Of a DNA stretch of 64,000 nucleotides, positions 13,020 through 25,698 are shown piece by piece. The position numbers were made by a program, and so were the translations under genes. The first letter of the stretch is position 1. The number at the start of each line of letters is the position of its first letter. The DNA is taken from assembly GCF_018350175.1 (NCBI RefSeq), contig NC_058368.1:219234001-219298000 (forward strand). Direction: 5' to 3'. Origin of the DNA: Felis catus (taxonomy: Eukaryota). The notes below the pieces were generated by a model. The model saw only the letters and a list, made by a program, of their open reading frames with translations, was not told the origin of the DNA and ran no database searches.

Positions 13020-14629
13020 CATATTCTCTTCTCTAGCCATGCTACTGAATTATAGTTCTCTCATCTGTGACTGGTCATGTGCTCATGGCTGGTATTTAAA
13101 ACTATTTCCACTAACCATTAGTATTCCCTTTGCTTTCAGCAGGCACCTTAGCTGGTCACGGTTTTTCACTCAGTGAGATGATCCAAACTTTAAATACTAG
13201 TGTCTAAGTCATTAGTAGTCCGACCTAGATTGATTTTTTTTTTCCCTATTGACCTTAATCAGAAGCATGGGGATCCTAAGAGAAGTGTTAAGAGATCTTC
13301 TGTATTCCAGACATATTTTTCTTGACTTTTTTAGAGAAACAGTCCAATTTCCCCTTGGTAATCAGGATCAGTCACCCTGACTAGTGCCGTTAAGTCCCTT
13401 CCTTGCTTGTTGATTCAGAGGCATGAGGAAAATAAATGAATAGGTGTTAGTCAGAACTTCCGGTTCAGTGGAATAATTGTTGTCTCCTGATTGAAGTGTT
13501 TTTCCCTCTGGAACCAATACCTCTAGGCCAGCAAAGCATAAAGTTGCAAGAACGGAACAAAAATTTCGCTAGTAGATCACTAGAGATAATAGTGAAGGAT
13601 GCAACATTCATTTCCACCCCTTGAATCCTGAAGCAGTGAATCCTGGATATCAGAAACAGCACCACATAGTGGACTCTGATCTAGAACATACACTGCCTTC
13701 TGGAGAACTTTGTCTAAGCCCTAAAAAGTACTGCCACCTACCTAACAAGGTAACTTAGTTTTCAAAAGGCCATTTCACTGTTCTCTCAATCAAGCTGCTC
13801 AGGATGGTGGAGAACATGGAAATGGCAGTGAATCCCATGAGCATAGGCCCATTGCCCCACTTTTGCTGTGAAGTGAGTTCCTTAATGTGAAGCAATGTTG
13901 TGTGGAATGCCATAATGGTGGATTCTATACGTCTATGGATGGTAGCTTTGGCAGAAACACTGTATGCAGGGAAGTAAAGTGCTGCCCCTTCTGTGATGGA
14001 GGCAGTCCGGTGTAATCAATCTGTGACCAGGTACCTAGCCATCATCCTGGGGAACTTAACAGCCCATTATCTCCCAGTTTCTGCCCTCAATTTCATTGTA
14101 GATACCTTGCCTTCCCAGGTTGGAGTTTAACTTGCATTGTAATTCAGCTGGTCTAAGGATGAGACTCGGGTTTTCAGCAATCTCAGCCATGTGGCTGCGG
14201 AAGATAAGGGCCTTCTTCAGAGCACATACAGATGTCTTTAGGTCATTTATGTGGCACTTGAGCTAGGAATTTGAATCCCTGAGCTCATCCTGTTCTTTTA
14301 TCTCTATGTTTAGGGACGTTAGGAACGAGCAGCCCAACTCATTACATTTCTTAGTTTTCCAAAAATGTTAGATAGTGTCATATGCACAGCCACCCTGTTC
14401 CTTGCTTCTTATAAATGGTTGGCTAGGAGTATATAATGGAAATATGTTGGGTATCTCTGTTGCAAGGTTATGTCTTGGATTATCAGTGCTTTCTTTACTC
14501 CTGGAAATTGAGTCATGAGCATCTTTAAATCTAATCAAATTAGAGAGCCAATTCAGAAACCCCAGAACCAATTCGGGGAACTTATCATTAACATTCTGTT
14601 CCTACAGAAACACTCCTGGTATCAAACTC
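13020..14629 (-). mobile_element. ERVL internal region, internally deleted (gag N-terminus, integrase core, dUTPase-like remnant)
   Basis: Minus-strand translations: 'GFLNWLSNLIRFKDAHDSIS' (gag), 'TWSQIDYTGLPPSQKGQHF' and 'HYGIPHNIAS..GTHFTAK' (integrase), 'DPDYQGEIGL' (dUTPase motif); frames disrupted; degenerate tRNA-Leu-type PBS 'tgataccaggagtg' next to the LTR. Confidence 0.88.
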
Positions 14630-15212
14630 TGTGTTTGTCTGGGTTCTCCAGAGAAACAAAACAATAGAACATATTGAATATATTTATTATATTTATTATA
14701 AGAAACTTTATAAATGATTTCTTATATATTATATATATGTATTGTGTATTTATATATTTTTTATTTATTTAATTAATTAATTAATTAATTAATTATTATA
14801 AGGAATTGCCTCATGTGATTATGGAGGTTGAAAATTCCCAGGATCTGAATTTACCAAGGTGGAGGCCCAGCAGAAACAATGGGATAATTCCAGCACAACT
14901 CTGATAGGGCCTGACAATCAGTTGATGGTATGAATTCCAGTCCTAGTCCAAAGGCAGAAGAATGAAATCGCAGCTCAAAAATCATCGGGCAGAAAGAGAG
15001 AAAAGGAATTCTATCTCACTCTGCCTTTTTGTTTTCATTAGGCCTTCAATGCCTGCCCACATTGGGAAAAGCAACCTACTTTACTTATTATACAGATTCA
15101 ATTATTAATCTCATCCCAAAATACCCTCATTGACACATTCAAAATAATGTTTAATCTAATATCTTGTTACCCTGTGGCCTGGTCAAATTTACATATGCAG
15201 TTAATCATCATG
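14630..15212 (-). mobile_element. MLT2-type LTR (5' LTR of the ERVL)
   Basis: 'gggttctccagagaaacaaaacaatag...ttataaggaattgcctcatgtgattatggagg...ccctgtggcctggtcaaatttacatatgcagttaatcatca' is antisense MLT2, with its internal TA-rich tract. Confidence 0.9.
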
Positions 15213-15266
15213 CATATATGACATATAAAATTATATATGTCAATTTATATATATATATATATATGA

Positions 15267-15478
15267 TTTAATTTTTTTAATGTTTATTTATTTTTGAGAG
15301 AGAGAGAGAGTGAGAGCGTGAATGGGGGAGGGCCAGAAAGAGGGAGACACAGAATCCGAAGCAGGCTCCAGGCTCTGAGCTGTCAGCACAGAGCCCAAGG
15401 CAGGACTCGAACCACAAACTGTGAGATCATGACCTGAGCCGAAGTCGGATGCCCAAATGACTGAGCCACCCAGGTATC
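15267..15478 (-). mobile_element. Can-SINE (SINEC_Fc type)
   Basis: 'ttttttaatgtttatttatttttgagagag...gagccacccagg' antisense SINE. Confidence 0.95.
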
Positions 15479-15602
15479 TCTCTCTATATATATATCTATA
15501 TATCTATATCTCTATATCTCTATATCTATATCTATATCTATATCTATATCTATATCTATATCTATATCTTTATATCTATATATACATATAGATATATATA
15601 TA
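15479..15602. repeat. (TATATC)n/(TA)n compound microsatellite
   Basis: Read directly, abutting the SINE head. Confidence 0.9.
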
Positions 15603-16919
15603 TTTTAAATCATATAAAAGAAATACTGAAGAAAATTTAAAAACAAGTATTTTGTAGTTTTTTGTTCATTAACATTTATTGTAATTTCATTTTTATTATA
15701 TTTCATTTTATTATAGGACTGTGGCCTTAGAGAAATAAAGAAACCACTTAACAGCTCTTAAAGATCCTAATGTGTCCCTGTGTTTTCTAACATTCACTAC
15801 TAATAGTGAAATTAGGTATATATATTTCATTTATCAGAAAATGCAAATCTGTAGTGTTAGAAATTTTGCTTTGGTAACTAGTACTAGTGAACAGTAATAT
15901 TTCTCTCTTAGAGAAGAGAAAAATACCTTTCTAACACTTTGGAGTTAAGAATGGCAATTTGAAATATTTCTTACAGATTGAAGCATTTCAAAGCTGGTTT
16001 ACAACTTTTTTTTTCTTTTTTTACCTTATTAAAGTGAATTATGAAACTTCATGGTAGATCATCTTGGGTTCCCCATTGAATAAAATAAAATTTCCGCCTA
16101 TCCTCAAAGGGTATGCAGCTTGACTAAGAAATAAATCTTTGCCCTTTATATGAATAATATTAGGGGTTGATTTTTATGCAGTATAAATTAGCCTATACAG
16201 GCTCTTAAATACTATTCAACTATTAAACTCTAATAACAACGACAAAAATTTAAGGTCTCTTCTTTCAAGGAGAACTTATTACTAGGAAGTTACTATATAT
16301 ATGTATGAACTTAAATGTCAGCAAAAGTTAATTTGAAGTAACAGCAGTTTGTAGCTTTTTGACTCTTGAGGTGTATCTGTCCAGTGGGTACAATCTCAAT
16401 TCTGTTTGAATAATTTCACTGTTCTTTTTCTTCAGGATTACTATAGCTATCATGCCCCCAAGCCACTTTTTAAATTTTATTCACAATGCATCATCTGTTT
16501 CCCTATTTTAGCAGTGTGACAAATAGGTAACTCCCAAAACGATACCCCCTTTTCTCTATACTTTTATGCTTATTCCAACATGATCCATCATAATTTTACC
16601 TTTGAGTATCACTGCATAAATAGGCATAACACTATATGTCACTGAATTTCTTCAGCAAATGAAATCATTATAAGATCACAATTGAAGAGTCAGTTTCAAT
16701 TCATTTAATATGAAGATTATCAGCTTTATATACATATATATATATGTAAATATATATGTAAATATATATATGTAAATGTTTGCTTACTATTTGTTAAGAA
16801 TGAATTGGCAAATGTGCATCTCAGCTCTTCCATATTTTTCCCTTGAGAACTATTTATTTCTTCTTCCCCATTGCGTGCTTCATTTGTTGACATATTTATT
16901 TCTTTTATTACACTTTCAA

Positions 16920-17305
16920 AGATATTTTTTTTAGAGCAGTTTAGAGAAGTTTTAGTTTCATAGCTAAATTGAGCAGAAGGTACAGAGATTTCCCATATAT
17001 CCCTACCCCTACTTGAAGAACTTGGCTCATTGTCCACATCACCCACTGGAGTGGTACATTTGTTACAGCTGAGGAACCTACTACATTGGCACGTCATCTT
17101 ACAAAGTCCATAGTTTACATAAGGATTCACTCTTGGTGATGTGCATTTTGTGTGTTTGGACAAATATATAATGACATGTACCCATCATTATATTATTATA
17201 AAGAGAAGTTTTACTGCCCTAAAAATCCTCTGTGCTCCATATAGTCATCCTTCCCTCCTAACTCTTGGCAACCAGTGGTCTTTTTATTGTTTCCATAGTT
17301 TTGAC
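16920..17305 (-). mobile_element. L1MC1-like 3' end
   Basis: 'ttttagagcagttt...aaattgagcagaaggtacagagatttcccatat...gtccatagtttacataaggattcactcttggtg' is the antisense L1MC 3' UTR. Confidence 0.8.
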
Positions 17306-17379
17306 TTACACATATTTATTTTCATATGTATATATTATATCCCATTATTTAATTTTAAAATAATTATATTTGGCAAATG

Positions 17380-19570
17380 CCTTTTTGTTGAAGTATAATT
17401 GGCATATAACTTAGGTTTCACATGTACAACATAATGATTTTTGTATATAAAATCATTTGTGAAATGATTATTACAAGTTACCCATTATCATGTATAGTTA
17501 CAATATTTTTCTTGTCATGAGAACTTTTAAAATGTGAAGCAATACAGTATTATTAACTGTGGTCACTATGCTGTATATTACATAATCATGACTTATTTCT
17601 GTTATAACTGTAAGTTTGTACCATCTGACCTTCTTGATCCATTTTTCCACTTCCCATCCTTTTGCCTCTGACAACCACCAATGTGTTCTCTGTGTCTATG
17701 AACTTGTGTTTTTGTTTCTAGATTCCGTATGTAAGTGGCATCATATGGTATTTGTCTTTCTCTGTCTGACTTTTTCACTTAGCATAGTGCCTTTAAGGTC
17801 CATCCGTGTTGTCACAAATGGTAAGATTTTCTTCTTTTTTTGGATGAATAATACTACATTGTGTATAAATATGCCACATCTTCCTTAGGCATTCATCCAT
17901 TGATGGACTTTTAGGGTTTTTTTTTTCCATATCTTAGCCATTGTAAATAATACTGCAATGAACATTGGGGTGCATATACCTTTTCAAGTTAGTGTTTTTA
18001 TTTTCTTCAGGTAAATACCCCAAAGTGGGAATGCTTTTTCATATGGTAGTTCTATTTTTAATTTTTTTGAGGAACTTGCATTCTGTTTTCCATAGTGGGT
18101 GCACCCATTTATATTCCCACCAAGGATACACAAATGTTTCATTTTTTAAAAATGTGTATTATTTGAGTATAGTTGACACACAATGTTACATTAGTTTCAA
18201 TTGTACGACATAGTGATTCAATTTCTTTATGTCTCATGCTTTGCTCACAACAAGTGTAACTGCCATCAGTCACCATACAACACTATGACAATATCATTGA
18301 CTACATCCCTTTGCTGTGCCTTTTATCCCTATTTTTTATTCCATAACTTGAAGCCTATACCTCCCACTTTCCTTTCACCCATTTTGCTTATTGCTCCCTG
18401 CCTCTGTGAACCATCAGTTTGTTCTCTGTATTTACAAGTCTGATTCTTTTGTTGTTTATTCATTTTCTTTTATAGATTCCACATATGAGTGAAATCATAT
18501 GATATTTGTCTTTCTCAGTCTGACTTATTTCACTTATCATAGTACCATCTAGGTCCATCCATGTTGTTATAAATGGCATGATCTCATCCTTTTTTATGGC
18601 TGTGTAATATTTCCTTGTGTGTAGTGTATGTGTGTGTGTGCTATAAATAATACTACAATAAATAAAGGGGTTCCCTTTTCTCCACATCCTCACCAACACT
18701 TGTTATTCTGATCTTTTAGATAACAGTCATTGTAAGACATGTGTGGTGATATCTCATTGTGGTTTTGATTTGCATTTCTCTAATGATTAATGATATTGAG
18801 TACTTTTTCATGTACCTGTTGGCTATCTGTATATCTTCTTTGGAAACATGTCTATTCAGATCCTCTGTGTATTTTCTAATTGGATTTTTTTTTTTGCTAT
18901 TGAATTCTAGGAGTTCTTTATATATTTGTTATATTAACTCCTTATCAGATATATAATTTGCAGATATTCTCTCCCACTTTTTTTGATTGCCTTTTCATTT
19001 TCTTGATGGTTTCTTTTGCAGTGCAGCAGCTTTTCAGTTTGATGTAGTCTCACTTATTTATATTTGCTTTTACCTTTGCTTCTGGTGTCAAATCTAAAAA
19101 AAAAATCTCTGAGACTAATGTGAAGGAGATTACCACCTATGTTTTCTTCTAGAAGCTTTATGGTTCAGGTCTTATGTTCAAGTGTTCAATTGTTATGTGT
19201 TAATTTTTGTGTATAGTGTAACATAGAGATCTAGTTTCATTCATTTGCATGTGACTGTCCAGGTTTCCCAACACCTTTATTCAAGAGATCAACATTTCCC
19301 CATTGTATATTTTTTGTTCTTTTGTCATAAATTAATTAGCCACACATATGTGCATTTATTTCTTCACCCTCTATCCTTTCCATTGATCTATGTGTCAATT
19401 TTTTGTGCCAATACCATCCTGTTCGGGTCACTATAGTTTGAAATAGTAAGCATAGTGCCACCAGCCTTGTTATTCTTTCTTAAGATTGCTTGGGTTATGT
19501 CAGACCTTCTGTGATTCTATACAAATTTTAGGATTTTTTTTCTTTTTCTATATAAAATACCACATGAATC
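17380..19570 (-). mobile_element. L1 (L1MA/carnivore-type) 3' UTR plus ORF2 end, interrupted by a second L1
   Basis: Antisense 3' end 'ttgaagtataattggcatataac...'; the host sequence 'ttcccacc' at ~18115 resumes at ~18665 with 'ggttcccttttctccacatcctcaccaacacttg'. Confidence 0.85.
18141..18660 (-). mobile_element. 5'-truncated carnivore L1 3' end nested in the preceding L1
   Basis: Second antisense 3' terminus 'tttgagtatagttgacacacaatgttacattagtttca'; minus ORF 'KKDEIMPFITTWMDLDGTMISEISQTEKDKY' is the ORF2 C-terminus. Confidence 0.8.
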
Positions 19571-20141
19571 TTCAAATTATCAATGATACACTTTGAGTTT
19601 TTTTTTTCAGGTTTTATAGCTCTAATAATATGAACCATAGCCTGCATAATCCAAACTTGTTTTCCTCACATAGAAGATATGTTATCTTTATGAATCTTTT
19701 TCCCTCTATTCTTGGCATTCAAATGAAAAAAAAAATGAAAATGCCAACATTCTGCAAGGTTTTCCAGTTCTGTATCTCAATTATTTGTCTTGTTTTCTTT
19801 TTTTATCCATGAACACATCTCATTTTAGGAATTTGGTAAAATATAACTAATTCATCAACAAACTCTCATTGTGCAAAATATATATATGAATGGTAAAGAT
19901 CGAAATATACATACATATTTCATATGTATGTCATATGTACTTATAAATCTTCAACAACTTAGCTCTTCACAGTCCTTGTCTAAAAACATGGCCTAAAAAT
20001 AAATATTTATATAGATATACAACTCTTAGAATATATTAATTAATTCAAAAATAAGTAGCACAGCCTTTGAGTTACAAAAGTTTTGGGTGAGACACTAACA
20101 CCTGGAAGCTGGATAATTGGCCACAGAGCCACAAATGAGAT

Positions 20142-20368
20142 ATTTTTTTTAAAATTTTTGTTTAATGTTTATTTATTTTTGACAGAGAGAGAGAGGCAGA
20201 GCGTGAGTGGGGGAGGAGCAGAGAGAGAGGGAGACACAGAATTCAAAGCAGGCTCCAGGCTCTGAGCTGTCAGTGCAGAGCCCAACACGGGGGTGAAACT
20301 CATGAGTTGTGAGATCATGACCTGAGCTGAAGTCGGATGCCCAACCAACTGAGCCACCCAGGTGCCCC
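20142..20368 (-). mobile_element. Can-SINE (SINEC_Fc type)
   Basis: Full antisense SINE ending 'gagccacccaggtgcccc'. Confidence 0.96.
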
Positions 20369-21020
20369 CAAATTTAAATTAAATCTTAAGGAAAGAAATA
20401 GATCTGTTGAACAAAAAAAGAAGAGAGACAACATATCAAGAAGGAGACACAGGGGAAAACAGAGGGTGAGGAAACACATTTTCAGGGAAGAGATTATTTT
20501 GGCATAAATAGAACCTTGATGAGCGTGACATAAGAATAGACAAGTTGGTGAGAAACTAGGTTATGCAGAATGTGGGACTGTTGAGCTAAGCAGCCTAAAG
20601 TTACACTGTAGAACACCACACATGGGATTTTAGGCGTTTCTTATAATATCAATAATAAACAGTGACTCAATAGAGAAAGGAATGCAGAGTGGAAACTTAT
20701 AAAATAAGGAGACTAAGTATAAATAGAGACAAATCTAAATGTTAATATTCTTTTCATATTGAAGTTGGTGAGCAATTCATTGAATTGAAGATAATCAAAT
20801 TGCAAAATCTCTAAGATAGTGCAGGATTTGTTTGCCACATTAGAAGAGGGGAGTGAGTAGAGAAATAATATATCCTCACTTCATTTGTGTAAGAAGAATT
20901 TTTGGGATATTATTAATATAATGATTGTACTCTGTAGATTATTTAGTGTTTTCCTAAAAAAATCTTAATTTTTTTCTCCTATCAGAATCCAAAAATGGTA
21001 TTTAGAAATACAAATACCTT

Positions 21021-21220
21021 GGGGTGCCTGGGTGGCTCAGTCAGGTAAGTGTCTGACTTTTGATTTCAGCTCAGGTCATGATCTCAGGGTTTTGAGGATT
21101 GAAACCTGTGCATTGGGCTCTGTGCTGAGCATGGAACCTCTGTGGGATTCTCTCTCTCCCTCTCTCTTCTCCCCCACTTTCTCTTTCTCTTCAAATAAAT
21201 AAATAAAAACTTTAAAAAGA
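21021..21220 (+). mobile_element. Can-SINE (older subfamily)
   Basis: 'ggggtgcctgggtggctcagtcagg...gggattctctctctccctctc...aaataaataaa'. Confidence 0.95.
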
Positions 21221-22629
21221 GAAATATCAATCTTTTTTAATTGGAAAATTCGTCAAATTATTACAAGTGTTTTGTCTTCATTCCCCCTTTCAATTCTGAA
21301 TGGTCTAAAATAGTATGAATCATAGAAAATAAGACATTCAAAGAAAGCTTACATGTAGCAGCAAACAACACAATGCTCATGGATTAAATAAGTTAAGAAC
21401 AACAAAATTATCTTCCTATAATTTTTGACAAGAGCCTTTGAATTATTTTGCTCCTTGTTCATAACAGCATGAAGTCACAGTACAGAGTGGAAGGAGTATT
21501 TTTGCTTTTCAGGCCCATGGCAATGCTGCTTTTAAGTCTTTTCAATAAAGCAGAGTTAAAAAAGCATTAAGGGTAAATAGAAAACAATGTGGAAAGTTGT
21601 TATAAAGTGAAACAGAGAAACAGCAAATAAACCAAGACCATTGAGTAAAACAGCATAATGGAAATTTACTGTTCCCTAGTTTGTAGTCAAATTACAAACA
21701 GTCCCATTCAGTTTTGTTCTCACTAGTTGAATCAAGTAGGAATGTATTCACGCGAAATAAATGAATAACAAATAATATGTTTTGGCATTTAGAGGGCAAT
21801 CAAATCAAATTTGTGAAGCACACAAATTTGGACAATCAAACTTCCACTGGAGTCTAGAGTCTTGCACTAGCCCAACAGCAGAGGAACTAAAACAATGGCT
21901 AATCTATACAATAAAAAATCTGCCTCTAGAGTTTTACATTTCTCTACCTTTAGACATAGGGAACATTTTGGACAGTTCCATTTTTATATCTTATCACTAT
22001 AATAAGATTTTTTTTCTTCTTTAAAATACAGAAAATTTAGGAATAGATTCACTTCATAGAGACTGACGTTTGAAATTGTATTGGGCCTTTCTTCAGGAAT
22101 TATTGCCAAAGCGAAAGCAGTATCTACAGTGTTTTTCTGGATTTATCATTGGAACTTTATAACTAACTACATCCAGTTAGCATATAAATCAAAGAAAACA
22201 ACTCTACTCCAGAACTCTCCTTTGGGAAGAAAACTACTGCCTCCTTTGGTTAGGGTCATTAAGAATGTAATGGCCTCTTAAGCCAGAAATCTAGAAAGTG
22301 AATCAGAATGTCCTAATGTACTGGTTAATGATGCCTTTGTATTACCAATTACCAGCAAAACCCATTGCATTAAAATGAACAGTCTTAGATTAAATGTTAG
22401 TGTAGATATAACAGTTTATTCATAGCTGTATATATAACATTATTTTCTTTAAAAAATAGCATTTGTAAAATAAATTAATAAATGAATGAGTGACTAAATA
22501 AATGGCTTCAATATAGCATATAACTCATCAGTGAATTAGAAATGTTTCTATCTTGTAATTTTTATTATAGATTTTTTTCAAATATGATATAATTAGAGAA
22601 TTTCATAGTGTATAATCATTCAAAGTTTC

Positions 22630-23243
22630 AACATCACCTCCCAGAAATGCATAAGCCCAAGCTAACCATAAGAAAAACAGACAAATCCCAATTGAGGGGC
22701 ATTACACAAAAAACCTAAGTAGTCATCCTCAAAACTGTGTCAAGGTCATCAAAAAACAAAACAAGTGCACTTGGATGACTCAGTCACTTAAGCCTCCAAC
22801 TCTTGATTTTGACTCAGACCATGATCTCACAGTCGGGAGATTAAGTCCCACGTTGGCCTCTGCACTGGGCATGGGGCCTGCTTAAGATTATCTCTCTCTC
22901 TCTGCCCCTGCCCTTCCCCACTCTCTCTCTCTCTTTCTCAAGAAAAAAAAATTAAAAACCAAAAATAAATAAGTAAATAAGTAAATAAATAACAGAAAGA
23001 AAATTTTAAAAATTAAAAAAAAGAAAATAAGCAAAATGTATGAAACTGTCACCATTCAGAGGAACCTAAGAAAACATGACAACTAAATATAACATGATAT
23101 ACTGGATGATATCCTGCAATAGGAAAAAATAAAAAAAATTAGGGGTCAACAAATGAAATCCAAACAAATTCTGGAGTTAAGAAAAAGACACCGTTGTTCT
23201 TTCTTTCATTGTTGCAAATATATATAGTTAACATTTCATTATA

Positions 23244-23274
<31 letters not shown>

Positions 23275-23445
23275 AAATATATATATATATATATAAAATT
23301 ATGTATGTGCCAAATATAACAATGTAACATAAGATGTTAACAATAGGAGAACATGAGTGAGGGGCTGGGGCAACTCTTGATACTCTCTTACAACTTCTTT
23401 GCAAATCTAAATATATCCTAAAATAAGGGTGTTATTAAAAATAAA
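22630..23445 (+). mobile_element. L1MC/L1MD-type 3' UTR fragment (with SINE and TA-repeat insertions)
   Basis: 'gacaaatcccaattgagggg...ctcaaaactgtgtcaaggtcatc' and 'catgacaactaaatataacatg...gcaaatctaaa'. Confidence 0.7.
22764..23030 (+). mobile_element. Can-SINE (older, diverged)
   Basis: 'gcacttggatgactcagtcacttaagcctccaactcttgattttgactcagaccatgatctc', CT tract, long A-rich tail. Confidence 0.9.
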
Positions 23446-23706
23446 TTTTAGTATTGAAAGCCATGTCTAAAATATGAATTTTTCCCAAACCACAAGAAAC
23501 ATAAAATGTATAATAAAATGAATGTTATTTATATTAACTCTTTGTGCTTAAACTATACTATTATAATCATAGTACAAATTCATTAAATCAGCCTCCACTG
23601 ATTTGAGATTTATATTTATTGAACAGAAGCAAGAGTGAAATTTAGCACAGGTAGCTGGATTTTCAACTGATAAAGCAAAAAATCAACTTAGAAGGCTCAA
23701 ATTCTT

Positions 23707-23927
23707 TTTTTTTAATTTTTTTTAAACATTTATTTTTGAGAGACAGAGAGAGGCAGAGCATGAGCAGGGGAGGGAGAGAGAGACACACACACATAATCCA
23801 AAGGAGGCTCCAGGCTCTGAGCTGTTTGTCAGCACAGAGCCTGACGCTAGGCCCCAATTCACAAACCGCAAGACTATGACCTGAGCCGAAGTCAAACGCT
23901 CAACCGACTGAGCCACCCAGGCGCCCC
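23707..23927 (-). mobile_element. Can-SINE (SINEC_Fc type)
   Basis: Full antisense SINE; TSD agaaggctcaaattctt / agaaagctcaaattctt. Confidence 0.97.
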
Positions 23928-25177
23928 AGAAAGCTCAAATTCTTAAGCAAAATAAAATGTAAAAGAAAATTTACAAAATCAAAATAGTTTATCAGTTTTG
24001 TGTGTGAACTTTTGGCCTTATTTAAATATAGTAAAATACCAGTTATTCAGACTCTGATAGAAGACCAGATTAAATAATTGTTATTTCATCAAGATAAAAA
24101 AAAGTTATTTTATTTTATGTACTTATAGCGAGTTAAACTTGGTTCATAAGTTGGCTTCTCATAGAGGCTGTTAGCATTGACACCTTGATGGACAGAGAAC
24201 AATATATTTGCCATCACAAACCAATCACTCATATGTTACCAGTTTGTTTACAATATTTTAGATACTTCCTTTGTAGAGAATACTTTTCTCTACAATCTAC
24301 TGTTTTGTGATAACTTAAACTAGTTAACCAAATTTCAAGTCAAAATAATAAAATAATCTAATCACTTTAAAATTTAAACAGCAACTATCTTTGGTTTTTC
24401 CTTAAAACATATTTTAATATTTTCTGCAGAAGTAATAGCCCTCGGTACAACTTAATACTTTCTACATTAATTATAGCACTTGATAGGATGACCAAAAATA
24501 AGATAATGAAACTAAGGTTAATAAATCAGAAGCAAAAATAATTATAGAATATTTATTTTCTTTTTCTCATATTGACATATTCCTGCCCCCCTCCCCCGCA
24601 TGTCTGTAGTCAATACTTTAAGTCAAGTAGATTAGATTCGTTTCCACATAATTTGAAAACATGTTAAATGAGTGTGTGAATGAATAATTTTAACTAGAAG
24701 TGACACTAAAAACTCCAGAATATACTACTTAATGGGTAATAAGATTAGTCTAATACTCATCTAAGCCTTTACACTTAAACCTCAATAACCTTCTAAGTAG
24801 TCATGAAAAAAATGATAAGAGAAAGACCAAATATTTTATCCATGGCGGATGTTTTATCTTCAGAGGATATGGTATCAATGAACAGTGTTGGGTACTAGAT
24901 AGAATGGAAGAACATTTTAAATCTAATATTACTAAAGTGTTATTAATGTTATCTGTATTAACATTTTTTACAGCATTATCAAATATGTCTCTAAAAATAT
25001 AATATGCCTGGAATACCCGTTAGTGTAAAGTCCCATAGAGTCAGGTTCAACACTATAATTACAACAGTGTCTGAGTTTCCTAATACAGGGTATAACAGGA
25101 AAGGAATAAATGATTAATTAATCATAAATATTAAAATTGTGTTAGTGTTGAATTATTTGAACTTTGATGCTATTTCC

Positions 25178-25698
25178 TACTGATTGGTTTGTATTGCTGT
25201 GTAACCAATTACTTCACATTTTTTTTTTGCTTAAAACAACACTTATTTCAGACATTATCCAAGAATCAAGAATTTAAGAGTAGCTTAGCTGCATAATCTG
25301 GTCCAATGTCTTTCACAAAATCAAAGTTAAACTGCTGATTGGGGCCGCATTCATCAGGAGTCTCAACTGTGGCTGGAGAAATCACTTCACAGCTCACTCA
25401 CATGACTGTTGGCAGAAGACTTTCATACCCTACCACATTGGTCTCTCTATAGGGCTGCTCATACTAAAGTTTTCCCAGAGTGAGTGATCCAGATGAAAGA
25501 GAGAATGTGTGAGCCAAAGACAACCCCAGACAGAATCCAGTCTTTTATAACCTAATCTCAAAAGTGGCAGATCATTACTGTTTGCCATATTCTGTTGGCC
25601 ACACAGACCAATCCTGGTACAGTGTGGATGAAAACTACAGGGTTATGAATACCAAGAGATGGGTATCATTGGAGGTAATCTTAAAGGCTGGATAATAT
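25178..25698 (-). mobile_element. MLT1F-like MaLR solo LTR
   Basis: 'tattgctgtgtaaccaattac...gcttaaaacaacac...gctcactcacatgactgttggcag...tgccatattctgttggccacacagacc...atcattggaggtaatcttaaaggctg'. Confidence 0.8.

Noticed and set aside
16436..16526. Exon-like segment with acceptor 'ttcttcag' and donor 'ag|gtaact'
   Set aside because: Stop codons in all three frames and no other support; a non-coding exon cannot be excluded
16726..17163. Longest ORF in the track (145 aa)
   Set aside because: Mostly L1MC 3' UTR running into AT repeat; no protein-like features
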